Shown here: piece by piece, positions 40,101 to 50,861 of the stretch
Layout of the letters: every line of letters starts with the position of its first letter
Position numbering within the stretch: the first letter of the stretch is position 1
Source: Phoronis australis
Lineage: Eukaryota; Animalia; Phoronida
Length of the DNA stretch: 64,000 nucleotides
NCBI GenBank assembly: GCA_002633005.1
Contig: NMRA01000173.1
Span: forward strand, 87,810 to 151,809
Direction of reading: 5' to 3'
Notes under the pieces: generated by a model
Seen by the model: the letters and a program-made list of their open reading frames with translations, nothing else
What the model was told of the DNA's origin: nothing
The model's database searches: none
Translations under genes and position numbers: made by a program

Positions 40101-43100
40101 TGCAGAACAAAAGATGACAGTATATACTTACGCAGATAGAGCGAATGTTGAGAACTTGCGACGGGTTCATCCTGCACAGTTCACATATCATCTGTAGTCG
40201 CTGTCTGCTGTCCCTCGAGTCAGGGTCTACTGATTGACAGTTAGAAATCACAGACTTGCAGGCTGTAAGCACAACAAGGTTTACTGATTCACACTTAGAA
40301 ATCATAGACTTACAGCTGTAAGCCCGCAAGGTCTAGTGATTCACAGTTAGAAATCACAGACTTGCAGGCTGTAAGCACAAAGGTTTACTGATTCACACTT
40401 AGAAATCATGGACTTGCAGCTGTAAGCCCACAAGGTCTAGTGATTCACAGTTAGAAATCACAGACTTGCAGGCTGTACGGCACACCAAGGTCTAGTGATT
40501 CACACTTAGAAATCATGGACTTGCAACTGTAAGCACGTCAAGGTTTACTGATTCACAATTAGAAATCACAGACTTGCGGTTGTAAGCAAAACAATGAACT
40601 TGACACTCATAAGTGAAGTCTTATACATCAATAAACTGGCTGCCAGGCAAAACACTAGTTCAATTATACATGTCATGCTTAATTTTGAATGAGGAATGTG
40701 ACAACTCCATCCACCAATAACTAGTAGTACTACATAGAATATCTATCTACAAGGCATAAGATTCAGTTAAGGTCAAGTTACCACCAAGATAAACCAGTCC
40801 ATTAGCTTGCTGGTCACACATTTCTTTATACTCACTGCCAGCCATAGCACCAGTCCATTACCTTGTTGGTCATACATTACTCTATACTCACTGCCAGCCA
40901 TAGCACCAGTCCATTACGTTAATGGTTGCACATTTCTCTATACTCACTGCCAGCCATAGCACCAGTCCATTACGTTAATGGTTGCACATTTCTCTATACT
41001 CACTGCCAGCCATAGCACCAGTCCATTACGTTAATGGTCGCACATTTCTCTATACCTAGTGCCACGCATAGCACCACATAGAACAAATTCTTCAGATCAC
41101 TCACACCTTGAGCACTGCACCTCTTACCAGTGCAATAACATACAGGCCAAAAAACCTCAAAGACAGTCTAACCACCATTTTTGCTTGCTTGCTAAGTGTA
41201 ATCCGTGTACTTACCCTCTTGAAATGTGTCTGGAGCATTGGCCACCACCCGACACAGCAGGGCATCACCGTGACTGATGTGCAGCAGGATTTCAGCCAAC
41301 TTACTTACAGGGAGCAATGTGGGCAATTCTGTAAAGTAAAGAAAGCTCACTAGATATGAAAACTGTTTTACAAGCAAAAGATATCTCTAACATGGGCATC
41401 ATTCAGTACAGGTGCAAGGTAATCGTCTATGCAAATATAGGCAGTTCATGTGACTGTGTGTGTCGGGCAAGGTGCAAGGTAATCTTATGTGCAAATAGAG
41501 ACAGTTCAAGTGACTGTGTGTGTGAGGCATCATGCAGTACGGTTGTAAAGAAATCTTATATGAAAACAAGAGCAACGTGGAGTATTGAAATATACCCATG
41601 ATTGCACCGCAAACGGTGTGCTTCTAGGGTTGTTTATTTGTTTCATAAAAATAGCCATTAGATGGCACAAAACATCCAATCCATCTGAAAACGGGAACAT
41701 ACCATTGCTTTTTTAATAGAAAGCTATTTACCAAATTTCATAAAAATCTGACAAGGAAAACGGACAAAATGAAATTGCCATTACGGGGCACAGCGTTCAT
41801 TGGCTCTGCCTGAAAGACATAGTGTGTCAGGCATCATGCAGTACAGGTGCAATGTAATCGTGTATGTAAACATAGGCAGTTCATGTGACCCCGTGTGTCA
41901 GGCATCATGAAGTACAGGTGCAAGGTAATCTTCTGTGCAAATATAGGCAGTTCATGTGACCGAGTTTCTCGGGGCCACATAACTGCAGATGAAGTTTGAA
42001 AGCATTCCATTTGCTGTATCACTACTAACTAAGTTCACTTACATAAGACATTTGATAACAGTCAATGTCAACTAAAGTTCATACTGATCACATTACAGTT
42101 CATTCATGAGAATGTGCAGTGTATTCTACAAGAAAAAACTTTGATTACAGAAACAAGGAAAATCTTGAATTGGACTTGGTGATGCAATGCAGGAACAAAA
42201 GTGACCTAGAGTATAAATGCAAGTGATACCCTTATCCCATGCCTTCTGCAAGAGAACAGTTTTCTGTCAACTCTATTCACATAAAAAGAAGCACATCCTT
42301 TCTACAATAGCGCCGCCTGGTGAGTTATCCACAAACACTAACCTGCTTGTGCAATGGCCAAAACATCGGACACTTCCTCAAGATAAGCCTCACTTTCAAA
42401 CAACTCAGACTTCTTCATGAAGAAATCAGTTGCCAAACTTGAACCACAGTCAGATGGCATTGGGTTGATCTGAAACATTTAAAATGTTGGAAAGTGAGAA
42501 CCACAGCCATATGGCATTGGATTGACCTGAAACATTTAAAATGTTGCAAAGTGAGATCAACAGATAGAAAACACTTCGGACTTCTCCTAGCCAGCCAATT
42601 ATCAGATGTCAGCTGACTTAGTATCAACAACATTAGGACACAATTTGACAATGCTTTTAAGCACAAGTTATACAAAAATAATACCAAGGCTTCAACTAAG
42701 GATAAATATTAATTAGCAATATGGCACTTGTGGGGGTGGTAAGGAAAATTACGTAGTTAGACACAGATAAGTTAACATTTCGACACAACTTATGAATTTA
42801 ACCCATATGATGTCATTGCTTTTTGAAATTAATTATTAAATTGCTTTTTCATCTAACAATTGAGAAGGTGCAGTTCCTTCTGGTGAGAACAGACAGGGAT
42901 CTGTATTACTGACTAGTAACCGAGGTCACCTGGTGACAGCAAAGGTAAACTGATGACAGAACCACCAATAGCCAACTCGACAATGGAAATTTAAACTTTT
43001 ATATAAACAGCACTCAAAAAACTAACAAGAATAGAAAGTGAACCAAAACATAAATTTGCATCTTTATATTGTAACAAGCTAGCATAGTTGAAAATGGTAA

Positions 43101-45629
43101 GCCAAAAACAGCAAAAGTGGTTCTTGTCTTGTGTTCACTGACTGAAAAAAAAACATCCGCCCATATCAATTTCACCCCAGGTCTCATGATTTTTGGAAAG
43201 CTGCACAAAAGCATGTTAGCGAGGGCAAGCACATTAGCAAGGGCAAGCACGTTAACAAGGTCAAGCACGTTAACGAGGGCAAGCCCGTTAGCAAGGGCAA
43301 GCACGTTTGCAAGGGAAGCACGTTAACAAGGTCAAGCACATTAGCAAGGTCAAGCACGTTAACAAGGTCAAGCATGTTAGCATGGGCAAGCACATTAGCA
43401 AGGTCAAGCACGTTAGCAAGAGCATGCACGTTATTGAGGGCAAGCCCGTTAGCAAGGGCAAGTACGTTAGCAAGGTCAAGCACGTTAGTGAGGGCAAGCA
43501 CGTTAGCAAGGGCAAGCACGTTAGCAAGGTCAAGCATGTTAGCAAGGGCAAGCACGTCAGTAAGGACAAGCACGTTAGCAAGGTCAAGCATAGTTTGAAA
43601 TGCCACAATTTGCCAAGCAAGAGGTAAAAAAATCCTGTACCAATTTTGCTCATCTAGAGTAGATTTTCTGTTTTGCAAAATATCAGCAAAAAATAATATT
43701 CAATTTTTGAAAGTTTGGCCTTGAGTATAAATCACAGCACAAAAAACAAAAAAAAATAAAGTTTGTCTTCTTACCTGACTTTGTACAGCCAATAACTCAC
43801 TGAGGACTAATCTTAACTTCCTCGCTGCATCGCTTCTTTCAAACTCCAGCGCTATGCCTTGACTCAGCTGTGACACAAGAACACTCTCCCCAGGCTCACC
43901 TCCCAGCTTGGATCTAGTGCAAAATTACAGTTGTTAAAATCAACACTTCTATCATGTGCTTCAAATGCCAAAAGCTATATGTTATATGAAAGTTCATACA
44001 ATGTAAACAGTTTTAATTACATTGCCCATAAATAAAAAGAGTTTTAAGGTCTTTTCAATATGGTGTAACGCGTTATCCCATGTTCATGCGACATTCCTAC
44101 AAGTTATCAGGAGGGCTGTTCTCAGTAAGTATTCTTTTGAACTTGATTTGGCAACAACCAATACAGTTGGATTCACAAGAGTTGTTTTATATTTCCTTGG
44201 TATCTGCCAAGAAGTGTAAAAATTCAGCTCGCATACGTCGGATATTCCACGTCGCATTTTGCGAGCTGACAAAAATCTCAGCGACCTGCAGCTCGTTATG
44301 TTGAGCCCTGGTACATATCACGTGCCAGGAGATTGATACGAAACAAAGTAAGAAATGGATAACAAAAATCAAGTCGGAGGTTAAAGTATGTCGTTAGCAT
44401 GAGATCGAAAGTGTGAAATGTCAATTTACTTAAATAAATTGAATTAAGGAATTTGGGTGAGGATTTATCTCTTTTCACAACTTTGCTGTGTTCATGACCA
44501 CAGAGATATGGCGTAATGTCAATTGTCATATAGTGCTTGAGTTTACTTTATTTCTGTTTCTGTTTACGAAGGACATTATTATATCTGAAAATTTCAGTTG
44601 ATCCATTCTTGTTATTTTATTTACCTATTAGTATAATAAAAAACACTGATATGTGTAAAAATGGAAAATTCATAAAACTGCATGGATTCGATCTCACGAC
44701 CTATTGATCAGAGCACGCGTGCTCTTCCACGCCACCATGCTTCCAATTAAAACAATATGCTAAGAGACATACATGTTTATGGTTCACAGTGTTTGCATGC
44801 GAACCTGCGTCTTTCTGTAATGTTTATTACATTTTGGTGAAACCAGTTTGTAGCAAAAGGTGTAGTGTTTAAAACAGTCTTAAGTTGCCCAAAAGACCAA
44901 ATCCCTTTTTCATGTTGGCATTAACCACACCGTTACAATTTGACAAAGAAAGAATTATGAATTTCTGAGTGATTCATTACGGCTTTGATTAAAATTTACA
45001 TCGTACCAGTAGCTTCCGTTTCATGCTCGTCACTCAGCTTCCGTTGCCCTTGAAGAAATGAAATAATTCTTCATTGCACAGTCGAGCAGACGACAGAAAC
45101 GGAGTGGTAGTGCACAGCGCCACTGCCACAAGGGTTAATTTAAACTCAATATTTCCTCACGCTTTTACGTTTTTATTTTTTTGCGGCCGCCCCCTGCCCA
45201 CCCGCATATGAAAATATATTTCCAAAGAAAACCAGGGATCTGTAGTTGGTATCACATCAATAACAGTTGCATTGACTCATTTTAACTTTCAATGCCCATT
45301 TGCATCAGGAATTGAGTGTAATAACATGGCACAAATTACCTGAGAGCTTTTTCTTTCTTGGCATCTTGTTCTAAGGAGTGGAAATCTATGGACAGGAGGG
45401 CCACCAATGTATTCACAGTCTCTGCTCCAGAAAGAACTTGCAGTAACTTCTGTTTCTGCTTAGTCCACTTGGAGCTGGTGTCAATGGAAGCGCACAAAGC
45501 CATGCGCACCAAACATGGTAGTATAGGGCGGAGCTCTGCTTCAGATAGACACACAAGCTTGTCGACATCTGCCTGGGAGATAATACTGAAAACGTGGCTG
45601 GAAACTGATGACAAAGTCTGTGACGCCAT
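19151..45629 (-). CDS. INTS2: Integrator complex subunit 2
   Basis: 24 phase-consistent exons: 45340-45629, 43775-43913, 42343-42469, 41215-41328, 40132-40262, 39440-39595, 38793-38959, 36530-36655, 36121-36192, 35415-35529, 33833-33901, 30538-30672, 28636-28819, 27909-28010, 27269-27395, 26810-26934, 25592-25793, 24279-24404, 23234-23432, 22211-22321, 21736-21843, 21391-21496, 19731-19895, 19151-19275 (3321 nt). INTS2-like motifs: ELRPILPCLVRMALC, LLSIDFHSLEQDA, TSRPPATAAGARFV, EELKNALIAAQDSA, LHQMFIADPNLVKLVHFQGYP. Confidence 0.95.
20090..20406. repeat. 21-bp minisatellite
   Basis: Unit ttaggttagatggctcatacc. Confidence 0.92.
20980..21352. repeat. 17-bp minisatellite
   Basis: Unit gcaacgccatggtcagt. 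It explains three overlapping ORFs. Confidence 0.92.
24153..24322. repeat. 57-bp triplication of INTS2 exon end plus donor
   Basis: atcaacttacc at a 57-bp period, with donors at 24278, 24221 and 24164. Confidence 0.88.
24668..25345. repeat. Abutting 28-bp (24668-25030) and 63-bp (25030-25345) tandem arrays
   Basis: Units gctacctcactaattacagaatgacttg and attactatagccaccatagtacctttactgttaatgtctcttcattttcatgagtttacactg. Confidence 0.92.
25794..26809 (-). other. GC-AG intron of INTS2
   Basis: The next exon needs a phase-1 donor. G|GCAAGT at 26809 fits, and read-through hits TAA within a few codons. Confidence 0.7.
25940..26636. repeat. 21-bp (25940-26325) and 22-bp (26372-26636) minisatellites
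   Basis: Units ataggtagtgcaaccattcat and ccagcacaccagagtacactga. Confidence 0.92.
27085..27275. repeat. 35-bp tandem repeat at an INTS2 donor
   Basis: Unit tttcactatcataaacttgtatcagtacctgagtg, with donor copies at 27268 and 27233. Confidence 0.85.
27690..27950. repeat. 56-bp tandem repeat spanning an INTS2 donor
   Basis: GTAAGT donors at 27908, 27852, 27796 and 27740. Confidence 0.9.
30136..30186. repeat. (TGGTA)n microsatellite
   Basis: Direct observation. Confidence 0.9.
30900..33650 (-). mobile_element. 5'-truncated, inactivated LINE (RTEX/L2-like) in INTS2 intron 11
   Basis: End of APE domain (ESDHLPV), RT motifs KAGGYDG, NYRGISLLS, QGSIISPLLF and LLYADD, C-terminal CELC..EDEYH..C, 3' AATAAA ~30905. 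Many frameshifts and stops. Confidence 0.9.
33933..34290. repeat. 25-bp minisatellite
   Basis: Unit acaacttgttagtattcacttgtgt. Confidence 0.92.
34552..35320. repeat. ~35-bp minisatellite with higher-order structure
   Basis: Unit accactcactgtaggaccaagactacctataccag. The variant acaactccccgtagg recurs every 4 units (~34740, 34880, 35020). Confidence 0.9.
36668..36818. repeat. 36-bp tandem repeat adjacent to an INTS2 acceptor
   Basis: Unit aatacaggacaaacattacctcctagacctcacagt. Confidence 0.88.
36940..38130 (-). repeat. Inverted copy of the 6560-8230 repeat family
   Basis: For example gccaattttcacaaccatccttagaatggtttggttgata (~37285) is the reverse complement of the ~6885-6925 block. Confidence 0.7.
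39052..39371. repeat. 42-45-bp tandem repeat, ~7 copies
   Basis: Unit aatactctgtgttcctgtcgtattatattgtaccaagtcttttat. Confidence 0.92.
40222..40590. repeat. ~54-bp tandem repeat spanning an INTS2 acceptor
   Basis: About 7 copies of tgattcaca.ttagaaatca.agacttgca.(g)ctgtaagc. On the - strand this reads GCTTACAG| plus the exon start. Confidence 0.88.
40793..41077. repeat. 56-bp tandem repeat
   Basis: Unit actcactgccagccatagcaccagtccattacgttaatggttgcacatttctctat. Confidence 0.9.
43208..43592. repeat. 18-bp minisatellite
   Basis: Unit agcacgttagcaagg(g/t)ca. Confidence 0.92.
44684..44737 (-). pseudogene. tRNA-derived remnant (SINE head or tRNA pseudogene)
   Basis: TGGTGGCGTGGAAGAGCACGC...GGTCGTGAGATCGAATCC has degenerate A-box/B-box spacing but no intact cloverleaf. 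Confidence 0.45.
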
Positions 45630-45871
45630 AATGATCCGTCAAGAGACTGAAATGATAAACAAAAACGTACTTAAAGATACTTACGATAAAACAGTACTTT
45701 TATGTAAAGAAACATTGAGTATATTCTGGGTAATTGGGTTCATAATGCTCAGCTACTTTTGAATAAAAGAACCTTGTATGGAAATTTCATTCCCTTTCTT
45801 CATAGCCATCAGTCCATGCAAAATATACCTCCATACTCCGTTTCATCCAGTCCAAAACAGAAGTTGCAACT

Positions 45872-46123
45872 CAGTGCTTGGAATGACCAATGACCAAAAC
45901 AGAGGAAAAATTTCCAGGTGATGTATCCTTACACAAATAAATAAGCTTATGTGATAGAAATATTTTTGGGTTGTAAAATTTAACTGAATAAACAATTTGT
46001 GTGAATAAAGTCAAAATAATGAGAAAAAATGGAAGAAGAAAGAAGGAACCTGGATTATCAAGCAAAAGAGAATCAAAACGAAAAACAGGAAATCTTCTTA
46101 AAAGAAGAAATTTCCAAGACCTG
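45872..46123. mobile_element. Shorter, decayed copy of the 60103-60611 MITE
   Basis: Starts cagtgcttggaatgaccaatgac and ends tttccaagacctg. Confidence 0.6.
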
Positions 46124-46179
46124 GCAATTATAAAGTTGATCTTCTGAGAACAAGCAATTCACCCCTCTGTCTGCCATAT

Positions 46180-46627
46180 TAAAACCCTTTGTACTAGTCT
46201 AGTCATGTCAAAACCCTTTGTACTAGTCTAGTCTTGTCAAAACCCTTTGTACTAGTTCAGTCCTGTCAAAACCCTTTGTACTAGTTGTAGGGTCAAAACC
46301 CTTTGTACTGGTTCAGTCCTGTCAAAACCCTTTGTACTGGTTCAGTCCTGTTAAAACCCTTTGTACAAGTTCACTCCTGTCAAAACCCTTTGTACTAGTT
46401 CAGTCCTGTCAAAACCCTTTGTACTAGTTCAGTCCTGTCAAAACCCTTTGTACTAGTTGTAGGGTCAAAACCCTTTGTACTGGTTCAGTCCTGTCAAAAC
46501 CCTTTGTACTGGTTCAGTCCTGTTAAAACCCTTTGTACAAGTTCACTCCTGTCAAAACCCTTTGTACTAGTTCAGTCCTGTCAAAACCCTTTGTACTAGT
46601 TCAGTCCTGTCAAAACCCTTTGTACTA
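46180..46627. repeat. 29-bp minisatellite
   Basis: Unit aaaaccctttgtactagttcagtcctgtc, with a higher-order duplication (variant ttgtagggtc at ~46287 and ~46458). Confidence 0.92.
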
Positions 46628-46797
46628 TTCCCTTTACACAATATTAGTATAGTTGAAAAGTTAGAAGGAAATACAATGGACAGATTACTGTGTAGTGATT
46701 ACAAAACATCCATCATCAAAATTTGAAAACACTTATACCAGTCTGACATCCTGGTCCGCACTTGATAAGTCGATGTTTGCTCACTGCAACGACTCAC

Positions 46798-46850
46798 CCT
46801 TTAGCATACGCCAGACTGAACATCATGATAAATGTGATATGGAGAGCTAA
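46798..46850 (-). other. Candidate non-coding 5' exon of INTS2 (5' boundary unknown)
   Basis: The ATG exon is preceded by acceptor TTTCAG at 45647, so an upstream exon must exist. A strong donor AGG|GTGAGT lies at 46797. Confidence 0.35.
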
Positions 46851-47144
46851 TGTCAAGTTTGCTTAGCGTGAGGAAACTTTTACTATATGTCTTATTAGTT
46901 TTCTGAGTTCTTACTAAGGATTTTGTGCCAAATTTTAGTCCAGGTAAAACTAAGCATATTTATCTTTCCCACCACCAACTAAAAATGTGCTAGGCCAATT
47001 TTTTTAATTTCTATTAAAAATGTTTGTTTACAAGTATCGGTATAATGCTTTTGGGCAACGCGAAGTACTTGCAAAGAATACAGAAATTCATATGTGACAA
47101 GATGATGTGGCAACAGAGTGTGCCCTCTCAAGGTATATATATGG

Positions 47145-47925
47145 CAATAGTGAGTCTTATCGTCTGCAATGACATGTGTCTCTGGTAGATTGACATACTC
47201 TTCCAAACAATACACTATATATACCACAAGACAATAGTGAGTCCTATCGTCTGCAATGACATGTGTCTCTGGTAGATTGACATACTCTTCCAAACAATAC
47301 ACTATATATACCACAAGACAATAGTGAGTCCTATCGTCTGCAATGACATGTGTCTCTGGTAGATTGACATACTCTTCCAAACAATACACTATATATACCA
47401 CAAGACAATAGTGAGTCCTATCGTCTGCAATGACATGTGTCTCTGGTAGATTGACATACTCTTCCAAACAATACACTATATATACCACAAGACAATAGTG
47501 AGTCCTATCGTCTGCAATGACATGTGTCTCTGATAGATTGACATACTCTTCCAAACAATACACTATATATACCACAAGACAATAGTGAGTCCTATCGTCT
47601 GCAATGACATGTGTCTCTGGTAGATTGACATACTCTTCCAAACAATACACTATATATACCACAAGACAATAGTGAGTCCTATCGTCTGCAATGACATGTG
47701 TCTCTGGTAGATTGACATACTCTTCCAAACAATACACTATATATACCACAAGACAATAGTGAGTCCTATCGTCTGCAATGACATGTGTCTCTGGTAGATT
47801 GACATACTCTTCCAAACAATACACTATATATACCACAAGACAATAGTGAGTCCTATCGTCTGCAATGACATGTGTCTCTGGTAGATTGACATACTCTTCC
47901 AAACAATACACCATATATACCACAA
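47145..47925. repeat. 87-bp tandem repeat, ~9 copies
   Basis: Unit begins caatagtgagtcctatcgtctgcaatgacatgtgtctctgg. It explains the 318-aa ORF. Confidence 0.95.
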
Positions 47926-48129
47926 GGTACGACACACAGGATTAGGAATTCTACAGGTGCTTCACTTCAGCCATCCATATCAAACACAAAACTAAATAAA
48001 TTTACACAAAACAGTTGCTCAACAAACCATGAACAATTGTTCTTTCTTTTACAAGCATTTACAGCGAACTGCTCTTGTGAGTTCGTAACAAATTTGCAGT
48101 CAAAACATAAACATCTTCCCAAAAAGCCC

Positions 48130-48340
48130 AGTGGGTACGCAACGGTGTGTGTTTGCACTGGCCAAACAAGCGTTTAGAGACTGTGATGTGCAGCTTGTCC
48201 ACCGAGAAGCAGTTATGCAGTTTTGCATGGGTGCTCTCAACAAGGAAGTCATAGAATATGTTCTTAGAAGAACAAATTCCCCGTAAACCAGTCACGATGG
48301 AGGCCATGTCTATGATCATGGAAAAAGCCAGGACAACAGA
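48130..48340 (+). mobile_element. Degenerate Gypsy-like gag fragment
   Basis: Translates VFALAKQAFRDCDVQLVHREAVMQFCMGALNKEVIEYVL, resembling invertebrate Ty3/Gypsy gag capsid segments (recognition from memory only). Confidence 0.4.
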
Positions 48341-48529
48341 AGGTATCTGACAGAAGGCTGGACAGAGAAGCAGTTTCTGTCATGAAACCATATTCAACTC
48401 CCGCCAAAGAATCCAATGCAGCGTCCAAGGGAGATCTTCTAAAGCAGATTCTACAGTTGTTGCAGCAGTTAGTGGCAAAATCACCATGATCAGAAGAGCG
48501 CAGATCCCCTCCCAAGAGCAATCTGCGGA

Positions 48530-49320
48530 TCTGCCCCAGCGTATCTGCATAAATTTCTACGTCCCCAGAAATGTGTCGTTTATTGGTCATTTGAGTCTCC
48601 TTCTCAAAAGAGGTTTGAAAATATAACAAACTATCCTAGCAAACCGTACGACGGTCCACGCAATCAAGTTGATCTGCAGGTCTGCACTGGCCGGGGATGA
48701 AGTGCTGCAGTCCCCCTGCAGATCTGTACCTGCGTATGTGCTAAACTCTCTAATTCCCAAGAAATGTGTCATTTATTGGCCATTTATGTCACTTTCTGAA
48801 ACGTTGCGTTGAAAATTTTTCAAAGTCCATAGAAATATGTCGTTTATTGGCCATTCGTGTTGCTTTCTCAAAGGTGCTTTGAGAATATAACAAACTACAC
48901 ACGCAAACGTTACGGCAGTCCACCCCGTCAAGTCATCCTGCGGGGTTTGTGCTGCCTGGGGCCGAAAGCGCTGCAGTCCCTCTGCAGATCTGTCCCTGCG
49001 TATGTGCGAAATGTGTCGATCATTGGCCATTTGTGTCGCTTTCACAAACTTTGCGTTGAGAATTTTTTCAAAGTCCGGAGAAATGTGTCAATTATTGGCC
49101 ATTTGTGTCACTCTCAGAAACATTGTGTTGATACACTTTCTAAGTTCCGAGAAATGTGTCGAGTATAGGCCATTTGTGTCTCTTTCTCGTTGAAAAAGTT
49201 TCAGTCCTTAAAAATGTGTTGATTATTGGCCATTTGTGCCGTTTTCAGAAATGTTATGTTGATAAAGTTTCAAAATCCCCAAAAATGTGTTGTTTATTGG
49301 TCGTTTGTGTCGGTTTCTGA
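48530..49320. repeat. Degenerate repeat cluster built on gaaatgtgtcg..tattggccatt
   Basis: The motif recurs ~9 times with variable spacing, alongside repeated ctgcagatctgt.cctgcgtatgtgc blocks. Confidence 0.7.
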
Positions 49321-50279
49321 AGGGTACAGCTTGAGCGTCGAAATCTATTTTATTGTCATGGAGCATACGTCAGGTCTTCAGTTGGTGATCTGGCGACTTG
49401 GCTCTGTGCTAATTGTCGTGGCCCCCACGGCAGTGACTAGTCGTGACCCTGCATGTGTAGGTTAAGCACCGTAGTGCACATCATACGCCAGGTCTTCACG
49501 TGATGGTCTGCCCTGACTCGGCTCTTGGCTGGGCTTATCGTCGCATTCGATTGTCGCGCAGTATACACATGACTATTGGCGCCAGCGCGTGGCCTCCGTA
49601 CTGGCTAGTGGAAGACGGGGAGCGCAGGTATGTTACGATGCAGTCCAGTTGCCCCCAAGTTGGCAGAGGACCAATTTGAGGTTTTTTGGGCACCGGTTGT
49701 TCCGCCCCATGATGGAAAGCAAGTGCCGGTAGTGCAGGTTCAGGCCTCAATTAGGAAGTTTCAGCAGGTTTCCCTCGCGAAACGAAATGTGTCGATTACA
49801 TCAACAATAATCGACACATTTTAAATGTTAAAATGCTAGTTTTCACTTTACCCTATATTGTGTCACTGGAGGTCACCCGACAGGTAACCTCTAAGACCGG
49901 CCGACCATGATCGTTCCAGGCAGACACTACCAACTAGATGAGTTGGGGAGAGGTAAGTAGAGAGAGAGGACTCATGAGTCCCAGTAGTTGTACTAATGGG
50001 GACAAAAAGTGTAAATATGTTCAATTTAGGATTCTAGGTATACATATTAATTATAGTTTTCGAACTTGGCTGATTTATACTTAGACTCCGGTGACCTAGT
50101 CGTGAATATAAGCATATAAAAAGCAGCTGATTGTACTAGCTACTACCCAATGTTTGTTAGCAACTGCTCATGTGATGTCATGGACATGTATCAGCCTTCA
50201 CAAAAATACGTGTTTTTCCACTGTCTTAACCCATGTTTGTCTCAGTAAGCAGAGTTTTGAAACAGTCGCTCATATCGCC

Positions 50280-50861
50280 GGTCATTTTGAATGAGGCCCT
50301 AAAGTCGTGATCGTTTCGTTTAGACCGAAATGCACGAAGTAAGGCCACACAAATCAACTACAGTGCTTACAGTTACTCTAGACGACATGAAAACGCATTG
50401 CATTGTTTATTAATTCAGTTTCAATTGAAATAAATTGTGATGTGTTTTGCACCAAACTCCGATGTGCAGACGCTAAGAATCCAGAATCAATTATCTCTCC
50501 GTATTTTATTACTTTGGCTTTACAAAACTTGATCAACTCTGGGACATTTTGAATTGTTCAAGCTACCCTTGGAGCGCATGTTTAAGCAAATCTGAACGAT
50601 GTATGTTTTCGAAAATATATTCTGAAAATGCACAAAAAAGTGGATTATTGAAATATGCTGTTTTTAAGGTACATTTGAAGAAAGAATCCTCCCACTCACT
50701 GTTTATTATCATATTGTGAATATCAACAAGTCCGGGTATTCGTTTGACGTTCGGAAGCAGACAAACGCTGGAAACTTTTAACGCTAGATGTCGCGGAACC
50801 GCACAGAAATTAAATCGTTCACGACTTTAGGGCAATCACGACTTAAGGACCTCTGACGGTA
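50280..50861. mobile_element. MITE-like element
   Basis: Inverted gaggccctaaagtcgtgat (50293) / atcacgacttaaggacctc (~50835). The right end is acggta. Confidence 0.55.

Noticed and set aside
43117-43678. Leu-rich or LRR-like ORFs
   Set aside because: An 18-bp minisatellite that is open in several frames.
44684-44737. Functional tRNA gene
   Set aside because: The B-box is degenerate and there is no acceptor stem, so it is kept only as a remnant.
46979-47935. 318-aa repetitive ORF
   Set aside because: An 87-bp tandem array with a non-ATG start and no recognisable domain.
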